In this document: one piece after another, positions 18,888-28,227 of the stretch
How positions within the stretch are numbered: the first letter of the stretch is position 1
How the letters are laid out: the number at the start of each line of letters is the position of its first letter
Assembly (NCBI GenBank): GCA_022511395.1
Contig: JAFLRQ010000002.1
Coordinates: 4,521-68,520, forward strand
Length of the DNA stretch: 64,000 nucleotides
From: Agathobacter sp.
GTDB taxonomy: Bacteria > Bacillota > Clostridia > Lachnospirales > Lachnospiraceae
Direction: 5' to 3'
Made by a program: the position numbers and the translations under genes
Notes under the pieces: model-generated
Databases searched by the model: none
Told to the model about the DNA's origin: nothing
The model's input: only the letters and a program-made list of their open reading frames with translations

Positions 18888-20140
18888 TCCAGCATCCCCC
18901 GCATTACCTCCAGCGCACGCTGGAACTGGTTGTCATACTGACGGTCATAGGGTTCGCCCTTCGGGCCCCCGTATTTATAGTCTACGGTCTCGTGCGGGGC
19001 AATGCCGACTCCGTGGATATTGCTGCCCTCCGGCGTAAAATATCTCGCAGTCGTAATCTTGACCGCATCGCCGCCCTCCAGCGGAAAGATGGTCTGCACA
19101 ATCCCTTTGCCGAACGTGGTGGTTCCGATCAGCGTTCCATACCCGTAATCCTTGATTGCCCCCGCAAAAATTTCCGACGCACTGGCACTGCTGCCGTCCA
19201 CAAGCACAACCAGCGGGTAATCCATGCATCTCTCGTCCGAGCTGTAGGAATTTCTGTTGCCAAATTTATCTTCCGTGTACACAAGAAGCCCCTCCGGCAG
19301 AATATCGTCCAATATCTGTACAACCGAGGTCACCAGCCCGCCCGGGTTGCCTCTCAGGTCCACAATCATTCCCTCCATGCCCTGAGTCCGCAAGGCAGCA
19401 GTCTGATCCTCAAACTGCTTTGCGGTGTTCGCGTGGAACTCGCTGATCTGAATGTAGCCGATTTTCCCCTCCAACAATTCGGAGGATACACTGGAAAGCT
19501 CCACATTGCGCCGCTCCACATTGAATTCCATGGATTCCCCTGTAGATTCCCTGAACACAAGCAGGCGCACCTTTGTGCCCTCCTCGCCGCGGATCTTCTC
19601 CACCAATAGCGAGAGCTCCATGCTTGCCGCATCGACATCTCCCACCATGAGAATCCGGTCCCCGTCCAAAAGTCCAGCCTCCTCGGCCGGCGTATTTTCA
19701 TAAACCTTGACAACAGACACTTCCATCGTCTCTGCATTCTGCGTAAGTCCGACTCCGATTCCATGGTAATTGCCGGCGGTATTTGTCCGGATACTTGTGT
19801 ACTCCTCCGGGCGGTAATACACAGAATAGGGATCGCCCAGTCCCTCCAGCGTCCCCTTGAGCAGCGCGGTCTTGACGGCCTCACTGTCATAATCCTCGTA
19901 ATAATAAATATCCATATAGGCGAGAAGCTCTTCGATCTTCCCCAGTGTGTCCCGATCCAGGATCCTGCTGTTGGAAGAGACGATCCCGCTTTTTTTCGGG
20001 CCGATCACCAAATATTCGTCCGCGACATTGGTGTATATCTTTACTCCGATGATAAGAAGAATCACTGTCAAAAGCACCCCGAAAAAAATGCCTGTGCCAA
20101 ACCCGGCCCTCTTCTTAGGTTCGTAATACTGTCTGTCCAT
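18884..20140 (-). CDS. S41 carboxyl-terminal processing protease (CtpA-like) with PDZ domain
   Basis: DPYS, DLRGNPGG, SASASEI and TFGKG motifs. Confidence 0.92.
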   Translation of the reverse strand: MDRQYYEPKKRAGFGTGIFFGVLLTVILLIIGVKIYTNVADEYLVIGPKKSGIVSSNSRILDRDTLGKIEELLAYMDIYYYEDYDSEAVKTALLKGTLEGLGDPYSVYYRPEEYTSIRTNTAGNYHGIGVGLTQNAETMEVSVVKVYENTPAEEAGLLDGDRILMVGDVDAASMELSLLVEKIRGEEGTKVRLLVFRESTGESMEFNVERRNVELSSVSSELLEGKIGYIQISEFHANTAKQFEDQTAALRTQGMEGMIVDLRGNPGGLVTSVVQILDDILPEGLLVYTEDKFGNRNSYSSDERCMDYPLVVLVDGSSASASEIFAGAIKDYGYGTLIGTTTFGKGIVQTIFPLEGGDAVKITTARYFTPEGSNIHGVGIAPHETVDYKYGGPKGEPYDRQYDNQFQRALEVMRGMLD

Positions 20141-20155
20141 AAACTACTCCACACG

Positions 20156-21064
20156 CTAAACCTTTAAATGTTTTCGGATTGTGAACCTGCTGCCCACAAA
20201 GCCGATCCCCACTCCCAGAATCATCGCGACCGGAACCAGCGTGTTAAACACGATCTGAACCGGCACAAATTCAAGCATCGAACCGATAAAGTTGAACGAA
20301 TCCGCGACATAAATCATAATCTTCTTGTAAAGAAAATATAAGAGCGCAAGCGGAATCGCCGCACCGACCATGCCGATCAGAATTCCCTCCACGACAAACG
20401 GTGCCCGAACCAGATAATCGGTCGCCCCGATCAGCTTCATAATTGAGATTTCTTCCTTGCGGACCGAGATTCCGACCGTGACCGTGTTGTTGATCAAAAA
20501 TACCGCAACGCACAGAAGGATCAGGATGATCCCAACCGAAATATAGCCCACCAGCTTGTTGACATCGCTCAAAGTATTTGCGACAAGCTCGGACTTTTTT
20601 ACCTCGCGCACGCCGGGAAGCGCAGCGAGATAGCGAACCAGCGAATTCTGCATGGAGACATCACTCAGATAAATCTGATAGTTGGCAGAGTTCGCCAGCG
20701 GATTGTCCCCGACAAAGCCTGCCGCCAGCTCCTCCTTCCCCTCGAAATAAATCTCCCGCCAGAACTCCCACGCGTCGTCCGCAGACACATACTCCACATG
20801 GCTGACCTCCGTGCGCTTGCTGATCCTGTCACCGATTTCCATAATTTCACTCTCTGTGAGCCCCTTGTCAAAAAAGACGGTAACGGACACATTCTCCTCA
20901 ACGCTGCGCACGGCCGCGTTAAAATTCGTGATCACAATAAAAAACAGGCCGAACATAAAAATACAGGCCGACATGGTCGCGATGGATGCCAGAGAGAACA
21001 TTTTATTGTGAAAAATATTTCGAAAGCCCTGTTTCACCGAATAAAAAACGGTACTAATTCTCAT
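20156..21064 (-). CDS. ftsX: Cell division permease FtsX
   Basis: NPL and EISIMKLIGAT..PF motifs; adjacent to ftsE. Confidence 0.92.
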   Translation of the reverse strand: MRISTVFYSVKQGFRNIFHNKMFSLASIATMSACIFMFGLFFIVITNFNAAVRSVEENVSVTVFFDKGLTESEIMEIGDRISKRTEVSHVEYVSADDAWEFWREIYFEGKEELAAGFVGDNPLANSANYQIYLSDVSMQNSLVRYLAALPGVREVKKSELVANTLSDVNKLVGYISVGIILILLCVAVFLINNTVTVGISVRKEEISIMKLIGATDYLVRAPFVVEGILIGMVGAAIPLALLYFLYKKIMIYVADSFNFIGSMLEFVPVQIVFNTLVPVAMILGVGIGFVGSRFTIRKHLKV

Positions 21065-21740
21065 CGTCAAAGCCCTCCTGCCCGCTGTCGCTGACGACCA
21101 CTCCCCGCTTCACGGTGATTACCCTTTTTTTCATTACCTTGACAATTTCCATATTGTGCGTGACAACGATCACGGTTGTTCCCTTGTCGTTGATATCCTC
21201 CAAAAGCTTCATAATTTCCCACGCATTGTTGTTGTCCAGGTTCCCGGTCGGCTCATCCGCCAGCAGTATGCTCGGCTGGTTAATGAGCGCGCGCGCTATC
21301 GCCACACGCTGCTGCTCCCCGCCGGAAATCTGTTTTGGGAAAGAACGGTATTTTGCAGCGAGCCCGACGAGCGATAGCATCATCGGAACCCTCTTGCGGA
21401 TGCGGCTGTTCGGCTCTCCGATCACCTTCTGGGCAAACGCAACATTCTCATATACATTTCTGTCCTTTAACAGACGGAAATCTTGAAATACAACGCCAAT
21501 GTTCCGGCGGAACTTCGGAATCTGCCTCCGCTTGATCTTACCAAGGTTTTTTCCGTCAATCATGATGGTGCCCTCGGTTGGTTCAAGCTCCTTTAAGAGA
21601 AGTTTGATCAGTGTTGATTTTCCGGAACCGCTGTCCCCAACGATGAATACAAACTCACCGTCCTCGATTTCCAGATTCACATCGGTCAGCGCAGGCACCC
21701 CCTCGGAGTATGTCTTGCTGACATGCTGCATTCTTATCAT
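21054..21740 (-). CDS. ftsE: Cell division ATPase FtsE
   Basis: GDSGSGKST, VFQDFRLL, SGGEQQR and ADEPTGNLD motifs. Confidence 0.95.
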   Translation of the reverse strand: MIRMQHVSKTYSEGVPALTDVNLEIEDGEFVFIVGDSGSGKSTLIKLLLKELEPTEGTIMIDGKNLGKIKRRQIPKFRRNIGVVFQDFRLLKDRNVYENVAFAQKVIGEPNSRIRKRVPMMLSLVGLAAKYRSFPKQISGGEQQRVAIARALINQPSILLADEPTGNLDNNNAWEIMKLLEDINDKGTTVIVVTHNMEIVKVMKKRVITVKRGVVVSDSGQEGFDDEN

Positions 21741-21764
21741 TTTATCTCCTTAAGTAACTATATA

Positions 21765-22853
21765 TCAGTAATCCAGAGACTCCATATACTTCATGTACTT
21801 GACGACCATGAGCGCAATCTTAAAGGTGATGGCGTCCTCAAACACACGAAGGTCCAGCCCCGTACTCTTCTGGAGCTTATCCAAGCGATACACCAGCGTA
21901 TTCCGGTGAATATAGAGCTGTCTGGAGGTCTCAGACACATTCAGGCTGTTCTCGAAAAACTTATTAATTGTGGAGAGAAGCTCCTCATCGTACTCATCCG
22001 GCGCCTTCCCGTCAAAAATTTCCTTGATAAACATTTTGCACAGGGGAATCGGCAGCTGGTAGATCAGCCGTCCGATCCCAAGCTGGGAGTATGCAATGAT
22101 ATTGCGGTCCTCAAAAAAGATCCTTCCCACATCCAGCGCCATACGCGCCTCCTTGTATGAGCGGGACACCTCCTTGAGTTCTCCGACCATAGTTCCGTAG
22201 GCGATATGTACATTGTTGGCCGCGTCCGGGCGGAACAGATTCAGAATGACCTCCGCCGTCTTGTTCATGTCCTCGTAGGTTTCATTCTCCGCAAGCTCCT
22301 TGACGACAATGATATTTTTCTCGTCCACAGCCGTGACAAAATCTTTGGACTTGCCGCCGAACAGCCCCCGGATCTTTTCGAGCTCGTTGCCGTCCTTTTC
22401 CCTGTTGGTCTCCACAAGGAAAACCACGCGATGAACCTCGGTCTCAATGTGAAACTTTTTGGCACGGTTGTAAATATCCACCAAAAGCAGATTGTCCAGA
22501 ATCAGATTTTTGATAAAGTTATCCTTGTCAAAGCGCTCTTTGTAGGCAACCAGCAGGTTCTGAATCTGAAATCCTGCAATCTTGCCGATCATATAGACAT
22601 CCTCGCTGTCCCCGCAGGCCAGCAGAATGTACTCCAGCTTGTGGTCGTCGAACACCTTAAAAAACTGGCAGCCGTTAACCACCTGGCTGTCTGCCGGCGA
22701 ATTCACAAACGCCTGCGCCGGAACCACAAAGCGGTCCGCATCGGCAATCGTGGCCGCGAGCACTTTTCCCTCTACATCCAGCACGCACAGGTCTGTCCTT
22801 GTTATCCCCTTAAGCCCGTCAATCGTATTTTGAAGTATCTGATTGGAAATCAT
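21765..22853 (-). CDS. PucR/CdaR (sugar diacid) family transcriptional regulator
   Basis: C-terminal HTH SLNVSETSRQLYIHRNTLVYRL. Confidence 0.9.
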   Translation of the reverse strand: MISNQILQNTIDGLKGITRTDLCVLDVEGKVLAATIADADRFVVPAQAFVNSPADSQVVNGCQFFKVFDDHKLEYILLACGDSEDVYMIGKIAGFQIQNLLVAYKERFDKDNFIKNLILDNLLLVDIYNRAKKFHIETEVHRVVFLVETNREKDGNELEKIRGLFGGKSKDFVTAVDEKNIIVVKELAENETYEDMNKTAEVILNLFRPDAANNVHIAYGTMVGELKEVSRSYKEARMALDVGRIFFEDRNIIAYSQLGIGRLIYQLPIPLCKMFIKEIFDGKAPDEYDEELLSTINKFFENSLNVSETSRQLYIHRNTLVYRLDKLQKSTGLDLRVFEDAITFKIALMVVKYMKYMESLDY

Positions 22854-22989
22854 AGCCGTTTCTCCTTATCCCCCAATAATCCTTTTTTGACCCTTTACCC
22901 CTAATATCATATTAATATATAAACAAAAAAAAAGAAAGAGGAAATGTATTTTTTTATGCATTTCCACCAACTTTCTGAAAAAACGGTTA

Positions 22990-23865
22990 TTAAAATTCCT
23001 GCCGGTATTTTAAAAATCCCTCTCCGAGAACCTCACGCACATCGGACACAATCACAAACGCATTCGGATCCATCTCATCGACAATATCCTTCACTCGGAC
23101 AATCTCCTTGCGCGAAACTACGCAGTACAGGACGCATTCGCTTCTATGGGTATACATTCCGCGCGCTGTAAGTCCGGTAACTCCCCGGTCCAGTTCCTTC
23201 ATCAGCCGCTGTGCCACCTCCTCGTGCCGCTCCGTGATGATCAGTGCAGCCTTGGAGTGCTTGAAGCCTTCCAGAATAAAATCACTCACCCGCATAATCA
23301 CAAAAATCACAACAACTGCGTAAAGTGTCGGACGCAGCCCGAACACATACAGTCCCGCCAAAACAATCACAGCATCGATCACCTGCATAATCTGCACCAC
23401 CGAATAGTGCCTCAGCCTTGCATGGACGAGCGACGCGACGAGATCCGTCCCCCCGGTTGTCGCTCCCGCCCTGAGCACCAGGCCGATACCAGCCCCGGAG
23501 ATTACGCCTCCAAAAAGCGCAGCCAAGAGAAAATCCCCCTCGGTCAGATCCATCGGCGGAATCAGATACAGCCATACCGAGAGCATGACTGTGCCGAAAA
23601 TCGATTTGCCCACATACCTTCCTCCAAATTTGCGGTACGCGAGAACAAAAACCGGCAGATTGAGGAGCAGGTTGGACAGCCAGAGCGGCACTCCACCCGA
23701 AATTATTCCTTCCGTCAGGTTCCGGACGAGAATTGAGATTCCCGAAAATCCTCCCGTAATCAGTCCGATTTGGTCGTAGATGCTGCTGATGGCGAGTGCC
23801 ATCAATCCGCTGCCCAGCGCAATAAACAAAAAATCCCGAAATTTATTCTTGTTTGCCAGATCCAT
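22990..23865 (-). CDS. YitT family membrane protein
   Basis: TGGFSG, TTGGTD, RGVT...GMY and DPNAF...V.GEGF motifs. Confidence 0.9.
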   Translation of the reverse strand: MDLANKNKFRDFLFIALGSGLMALAISSIYDQIGLITGGFSGISILVRNLTEGIISGGVPLWLSNLLLNLPVFVLAYRKFGGRYVGKSIFGTVMLSVWLYLIPPMDLTEGDFLLAALFGGVISGAGIGLVLRAGATTGGTDLVASLVHARLRHYSVVQIMQVIDAVIVLAGLYVFGLRPTLYAVVVIFVIMRVSDFILEGFKHSKAALIITERHEEVAQRLMKELDRGVTGLTARGMYTHRSECVLYCVVSRKEIVRVKDIVDEMDPNAFVIVSDVREVLGEGFLKYRQEF

Positions 23866-24538
23866 TTTTTACACTTTCCTGTTTGGAACGATTGATATGT
23901 CTCTCCAACCTGTAGGTGCGGATATGGTGGTCGACCCATCCCAGCAGACCTTTACGCACGGTTTCCGGGTTCATAAGGCCAATTCCATACCATAGATTCG
24001 CAGAGAGTTTCTCCCTGTTCTCCATAAAAAAATGCTCCTGCAGGGGGCTTGGCAAAATACTCAGAATGACATCTGCCGTCGCGGCATTGATCTCGTTGAC
24101 CAGTGCGTCCGCCGCGCCCTCATAAAGCTCAAGCGCAAAACTGACCATCGCGCATCTCGGAAACAACCTGCACAATTTCTCCTCCATTGCCACTGTGCGG
24201 GATTCCTCAACTCCCAACAGGCAGATCCTTTTGTGATTGCGCTCAATCACACGCATGATCTCATAGAAAAAATCGTGATGCTCAACCTCGCGCTTCCGCT
24301 GGTAAGTTCCGGCATTCACAGCCTCCAGAACCGCGGCCTCCGATATCACCGTGTGCTCCATCGCCAGAAGAGCCTTTTTTACCTGATCATCCGAGGCTGC
24401 CAGCATCAGAAGATCCGTATTCACTTCTTCAATTGTGTGAAATCCCGGCTTGGCCAGCTCCCGCTCCAGAATCATGATCAGTTCCCGCACCGAGTAGTCG
24501 TCCAACCGGATTCCCGCAACATCAATTACCCTAATCAT
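23843..24538 (-). CDS. Divergent WecB/TagA/CpsF family glycosyltransferase
   Basis: VNEINA..DVILS.LPSPLQE.F motif resembles the TagA-family core. Confidence 0.65.
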   Translation of the reverse strand: MIRVIDVAGIRLDDYSVRELIMILERELAKPGFHTIEEVNTDLLMLAASDDQVKKALLAMEHTVISEAAVLEAVNAGTYQRKREVEHHDFFYEIMRVIERNHKRICLLGVEESRTVAMEEKLCRLFPRCAMVSFALELYEGAADALVNEINAATADVILSILPSPLQEHFFMENREKLSANLWYGIGLMNPETVRKGLLGWVDHHIRTYRLERHINRSKQESVKNGSGKQE

Positions 24539-24723
24539 AGCTCCACAAGTATACCAAAATTGTACGCTCTTGGCAACCGCTGTTTTCCCTCACAATAGAC
24601 ATTGTGCGACAATTCTCGACATTTTTATTCATATTTTCACATTTGAAATGTCAATTATTTTTTCATCATTTCACACTTTATCGATGAACTTTATGATTTA
24701 TTACCAAAACGCACGTTTGTATT

Positions 24724-26130
24724 TTATCGAAAAAAGCGGCCATAAATCAGGCTTTCTTTTGTGGATAATGTGCATAACTTCGTGTATAACTTGAATTTTC
24801 GGCACTTGAGGGTGTTTAATTGTGGATAACTCCTTTGACAGTTTCTTTCAAAAGCTGTCAAAAAATTTCTCAACGGCTCTTTTTTTGTGCATTCTGCTAT
24901 TTCTTCGCTCGTTCCCAGTATGCCCACACCCATCAGTTGATATTCATTGCCCTCCTGAGGGGTTTCCGGAGCCTGATTCAAAGACAATTCTCCCTCCTGC
25001 GGCACCTCCGACGGATCCGGAGTCAGCTCTCCCTCCGATGGCACATCCGCTGCCTGTTCGCTCTCCTGCGGCACATCCGGGATTTGCTCGCCCTCCTGCG
25101 GCACCTCCGACGGATCCGGAATCACCTGAGAGGTCACTGTCAGATAATTCGACTCGTCCGTCAAGCGGGTGACTCCCTGTTTTGAGATCTTTGCACGGAT
25201 ACAGTATTCATAGGTTATCCCCTCGTCTGTCGTATCGTCCGTATAATCCGTGTTCTTTCTTCCCTTCACCTTCGCGATCAGCTTGAACTTCTTAGTTCCC
25301 ACCTTTCTCCGGTAAACCCTGTACCCGTTCATCTGCTTGCTCACTGTCCATGCCAGCTCTATGCTCCCATCCGGCTGATTCTCTGCCGTCTTTAATGTCG
25401 GCGCCGTACCCTTCACGAGACCATAGGCTTCTGCAATTCCTGTAGCATCCGCAATTCCAAGCTTTTTCAGCTGCGCATCCGAATTTAAAAACTGCCTGCA
25501 GTCGGACGAATTGCTGACATATGCGTGCTCCACGATAATCCCCGGAAATCCGCTCAGCTTGCTGTTTTTGATCACGTAATAATAATCTGCAAGCTTTTTG
25601 TCCGGATACCGGGTATAGTCCTCCGAATTCCGATAGGTCACCCCCAGATTTTTCAATCCCAGCGCGGCGAGCTGGCTCTGCACCTGCAATGCAACCTTCC
25701 GCCCGTCTTCGCCAATCGCCTTCTTGTAGTTATAATTCGGGTAATAGACGGTCGCGCCGCAGAACGTGCTGCGCACATTGGCATTGTTGTGAAGACTCAC
25801 ATACAGATCCGCCTTCTTTTCCTGCGCAAAGAGGATGCGATCCTTCAGCGGAACCGTGGTATCGCTCGTGCGGGTCATGTACACCTCGACCCCCACATAC
25901 TGCTCGAGTTCCTCCTTCGCATATTCCGCAATCTTGAGATTTAACTCCTTTTCGGTATATGTCTTGCCGCTCCATGTATATTTGGCGCCGCTGTCACTCC
26001 CGCCATGCCCGGCATCCAGAACAATCACCAGCGGGTCCGCAGCCGCCGCACGCACCGGCATCGGATTTATGCAAATCAATGCAAGCAGTATGAAAGCAGA
26101 AAACAGTACCTCAAGTCCTCTTTTTTTCAT
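24724..26130 (-). CDS. N-acetylmuramoyl-L-alanine amidase (Amidase_3) with FN3 domain and Pro/Glu repeats; 3' end doubtful
   Basis: Signal peptide; LDAGHGG..E, SLHNNA and IVEH motifs; PDPSEVPQEGE repeats. Confidence 0.88.
   Translation of the reverse strand: MKKRGLEVLFSAFILLALICINPMPVRAAAADPLVIVLDAGHGGSDSGAKYTWSGKTYTEKELNLKIAEYAKEELEQYVGVEVYMTRTSDTTVPLKDRILFAQEKKADLYVSLHNNANVRSTFCGATVYYPNYNYKKAIGEDGRKVALQVQSQLAALGLKNLGVTYRNSEDYTRYPDKKLADYYYVIKNSKLSGFPGIIVEHAYVSNSSDCRQFLNSDAQLKKLGIADATGIAEAYGLVKGTAPTLKTAENQPDGSIELAWTVSKQMNGYRVYRRKVGTKKFKLIAKVKGRKNTDYTDDTTDEGITYEYCIRAKISKQGVTRLTDESNYLTVTSQVIPDPSEVPQEGEQIPDVPQESEQAADVPSEGELTPDPSEVPQEGELSLNQAPETPQEGNEYQLMGVGILGTSEEIAECTKKEPLRNFLTAFERNCQRSYPQLNTLKCRKFKLYTKLCTLSTKESLIYGRFFR
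24760..24829. promoter_or_regulatory. DnaA-box cluster
   Basis: TGTGGATAA at 24760, TGTGCATAA at 24769, CGTGTATAA at 24781 and TGTGGATAA at 24821, all in the same orientation. Confidence 0.75.
24980..25125 (-). repeat. Coding tandem repeats (VPQEGE-type units) in the amidase tail
   Basis: Repeated ctcctgcggcac(c/a)tccg units, with a near-exact duplication of ccctcctgcggcacctccgacggatccgga. Confidence 0.8.
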
Positions 26131-26162
26131 TCCGGTATTTTTTCCTCCATGTATGCACACAG

Positions 26163-28160
26163 TTATTTTGCCTTCGCTTTTACTTCAGTGGAAAACTCAC
26201 CGTAATAGCGTTTTCCATTGTATTCCTTGTAGGCGCGCATCCGATAGGTATAGGCAGTGCCTGCCGTGAGGCCGTCATCTGTGTAGGACAGAATCTCCCG
26301 ATCCTCCAGCACTGCGATCCCTGCAAACTCCCCGGTCTTCTTGTCCAACCGGTAAATTTCATAACCGTCCGCCCTCTTGTTCTTCGCCCACTTCAGAGCA
26401 ACCGCTTCGGATTTCCCCGTCGCCTTCAAGTTCTTCACCACTGCTGGCAGCGTTGTGCTGCTTGCCGTCTGTGAAAATTTGCCACTATATACTTCTTCCC
26501 CGTAATTCAGCAGAGCCCGCACCTGATAGCTGTACTCTGTCGCGCCGACCAGGCCGCTGTCCGTATAGCTCACAATCTTATTGTCGTCAAGGCTCGCAAT
26601 TGTCTCGTACTCTCCGGTCTCCTTATTCAGCCGGCAGATCTGATAACCGCTGGCGCGCCCCGCCTTTTTCCATGAGAGCTTCATCGTGTACGCGGATTCG
26701 GGTGCAGCGGAAAGGTTCTTTACCTGTGCCGGAGCTGTCATTTCCCAGTACTCCTCGCTCTGCTTTCCAAAGTATTTTGTTCCCTCAAACAATCGGTATG
26801 CCTTCACACGAAAACCGTACAGCGCCGCTGTTTTCTCCAGCCCTTCCACCACGCAGCTCGTGGAACCGTCCTTGATATCCGCATGCTTCACAAATTTCTC
26901 CGCATCCTCATCGTACCGATAAATGCGGTAACCGTCTGCGGCATACACCTCATCCCAGCTAAGAGCGATCTTTTTGCCGGCCACGCTGTCCGTCCGAAGC
27001 CCTGAGACCTTGGCCGGTGCTGTCACCGCCGTAATCACCTTCGAGTACTTTCCCGGATATTCGACACCTCCGACCGTCCGGTATCCTCGCAGCTTATACT
27101 GGTAAGTCTCCCCCGGCTGCAGGTTCACATCGGTGCATTCCCAGTCATCGGTGTCCAGCACCTTCTTGTATTTCCCGGCCTCATCGTCATAGCGGTACAG
27201 GCGGTAGAAATGCACATCGGACTGTCCGTCCCAGCCTATTGTTACGGATTTTGCTGTGTTATCCAGCATTTCCGGTTTTTTCGGCTTAATGTCGGTATCC
27301 ATGTACCAGAAGTCCAGATCCAGATTGCCCGAGTAACCGTCGACGCGCCCAGTGGACGAATACTGCCAAAAGTCGTAATCAATCTGCGCAAGCTGTTCGT
27401 AGGTCAGATTGGAAACCGGTGTATCTGTAGTATCATTGTAACGCGCCAGCCAGAGCTTGCATCCGTTCTTCCTCAGGCTCTGCGTGTCCATATAATGAAC
27501 CATCCAGTATGCAGACGCATAGATCATGGGCGTGTATCCCTCATCCGAAATCACGTCGGCAAATGCATTGCAGACAGCGGTCTCCTGCTGCTTTGTAAGC
27601 TTTCCCGCTGTAAGACGCTTGTAGGAGCCCGCCTCCCGATCCATAACGATCGGCATGGTGACATCCCAGCCGTACTTGTCCATCAGCTTGAGTACAAACT
27701 TTGCCTCCTCCTGCGCCTCCTTTTTGTTTAGTGCCTGGGAAAAAATGTAGAGTCCGACATTGATATCATTCTCCAATGCACCCTGAATATGCGCGTTTGC
27801 GCAGGTATCTTCATAAATGCTTCCATCCGCAGTATCTCTGGAGCCGACGCGGACTATGGTAAAATCAATCCCCGCGTCATGAATTTTTTCCCAGTCAAGA
27901 CTTGAAATTGTGCTCTCTTTTCCTCCTTGTCCGTTCGGTTTGACGCCCTGCCACCACGACACATCTATGCCCTTGATCAGCGTGCGCTCCTCGAACTCAC
28001 TCCTGTGCTTATAGGTGACACCCGTATAGTCACTGGCTGTCGTCCATGCCCTTTCAATATATTGCTCATAGCCGCCCGCCGCCAAAATTCCCATCGGCAG
28101 AGCCAGCATTGCCAAAAGAATGATACCTCCTACAACTAGCTTTCCTCTTGTTTTGAACAT
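26163..28160 (-). CDS. GH25 muramidase with about 4 FN3 repeats, secreted
   Basis: GIDVSWWQ, PIVMDRE and WQYSSTG...DLD motifs; FN3-like repeats (W...GY.IYR...Y.Y.VRA). Confidence 0.9.
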   Translation of the reverse strand: MFKTRGKLVVGGIILLAMLALPMGILAAGGYEQYIERAWTTASDYTGVTYKHRSEFEERTLIKGIDVSWWQGVKPNGQGGKESTISSLDWEKIHDAGIDFTIVRVGSRDTADGSIYEDTCANAHIQGALENDINVGLYIFSQALNKKEAQEEAKFVLKLMDKYGWDVTMPIVMDREAGSYKRLTAGKLTKQQETAVCNAFADVISDEGYTPMIYASAYWMVHYMDTQSLRKNGCKLWLARYNDTTDTPVSNLTYEQLAQIDYDFWQYSSTGRVDGYSGNLDLDFWYMDTDIKPKKPEMLDNTAKSVTIGWDGQSDVHFYRLYRYDDEAGKYKKVLDTDDWECTDVNLQPGETYQYKLRGYRTVGGVEYPGKYSKVITAVTAPAKVSGLRTDSVAGKKIALSWDEVYAADGYRIYRYDEDAEKFVKHADIKDGSTSCVVEGLEKTAALYGFRVKAYRLFEGTKYFGKQSEEYWEMTAPAQVKNLSAAPESAYTMKLSWKKAGRASGYQICRLNKETGEYETIASLDDNKIVSYTDSGLVGATEYSYQVRALLNYGEEVYSGKFSQTASSTTLPAVVKNLKATGKSEAVALKWAKNKRADGYEIYRLDKKTGEFAGIAVLEDREILSYTDDGLTAGTAYTYRMRAYKEYNGKRYYGEFSTEVKAKAK

Positions 28161-28227
28161 CAAATCCTCCTGTGTGTTTCCGTTCTATTCTTTTCGTTTC
28201 TTCTAAGCCGAAACGCTCGGCTCACTG

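Noticed and set aside
24600-24829. Possible replication origin
   Set aside because: No dnaA, dnaN or rep gene nearby, and no switch in gene orientation; kept only as a DnaA-box cluster.
24980-25125. Repeats resembling a CRISPR array (also 35260-35380 and 15107-15245)
   Set aside because: They are in-frame coding repeats without unique spacers, and there are no cas genes.
26163-28160. GH25 lysozyme as a prophage endolysin
   Set aside because: It has a signal peptide and FN3 repeats, with no holin, structural or integrase genes nearby.
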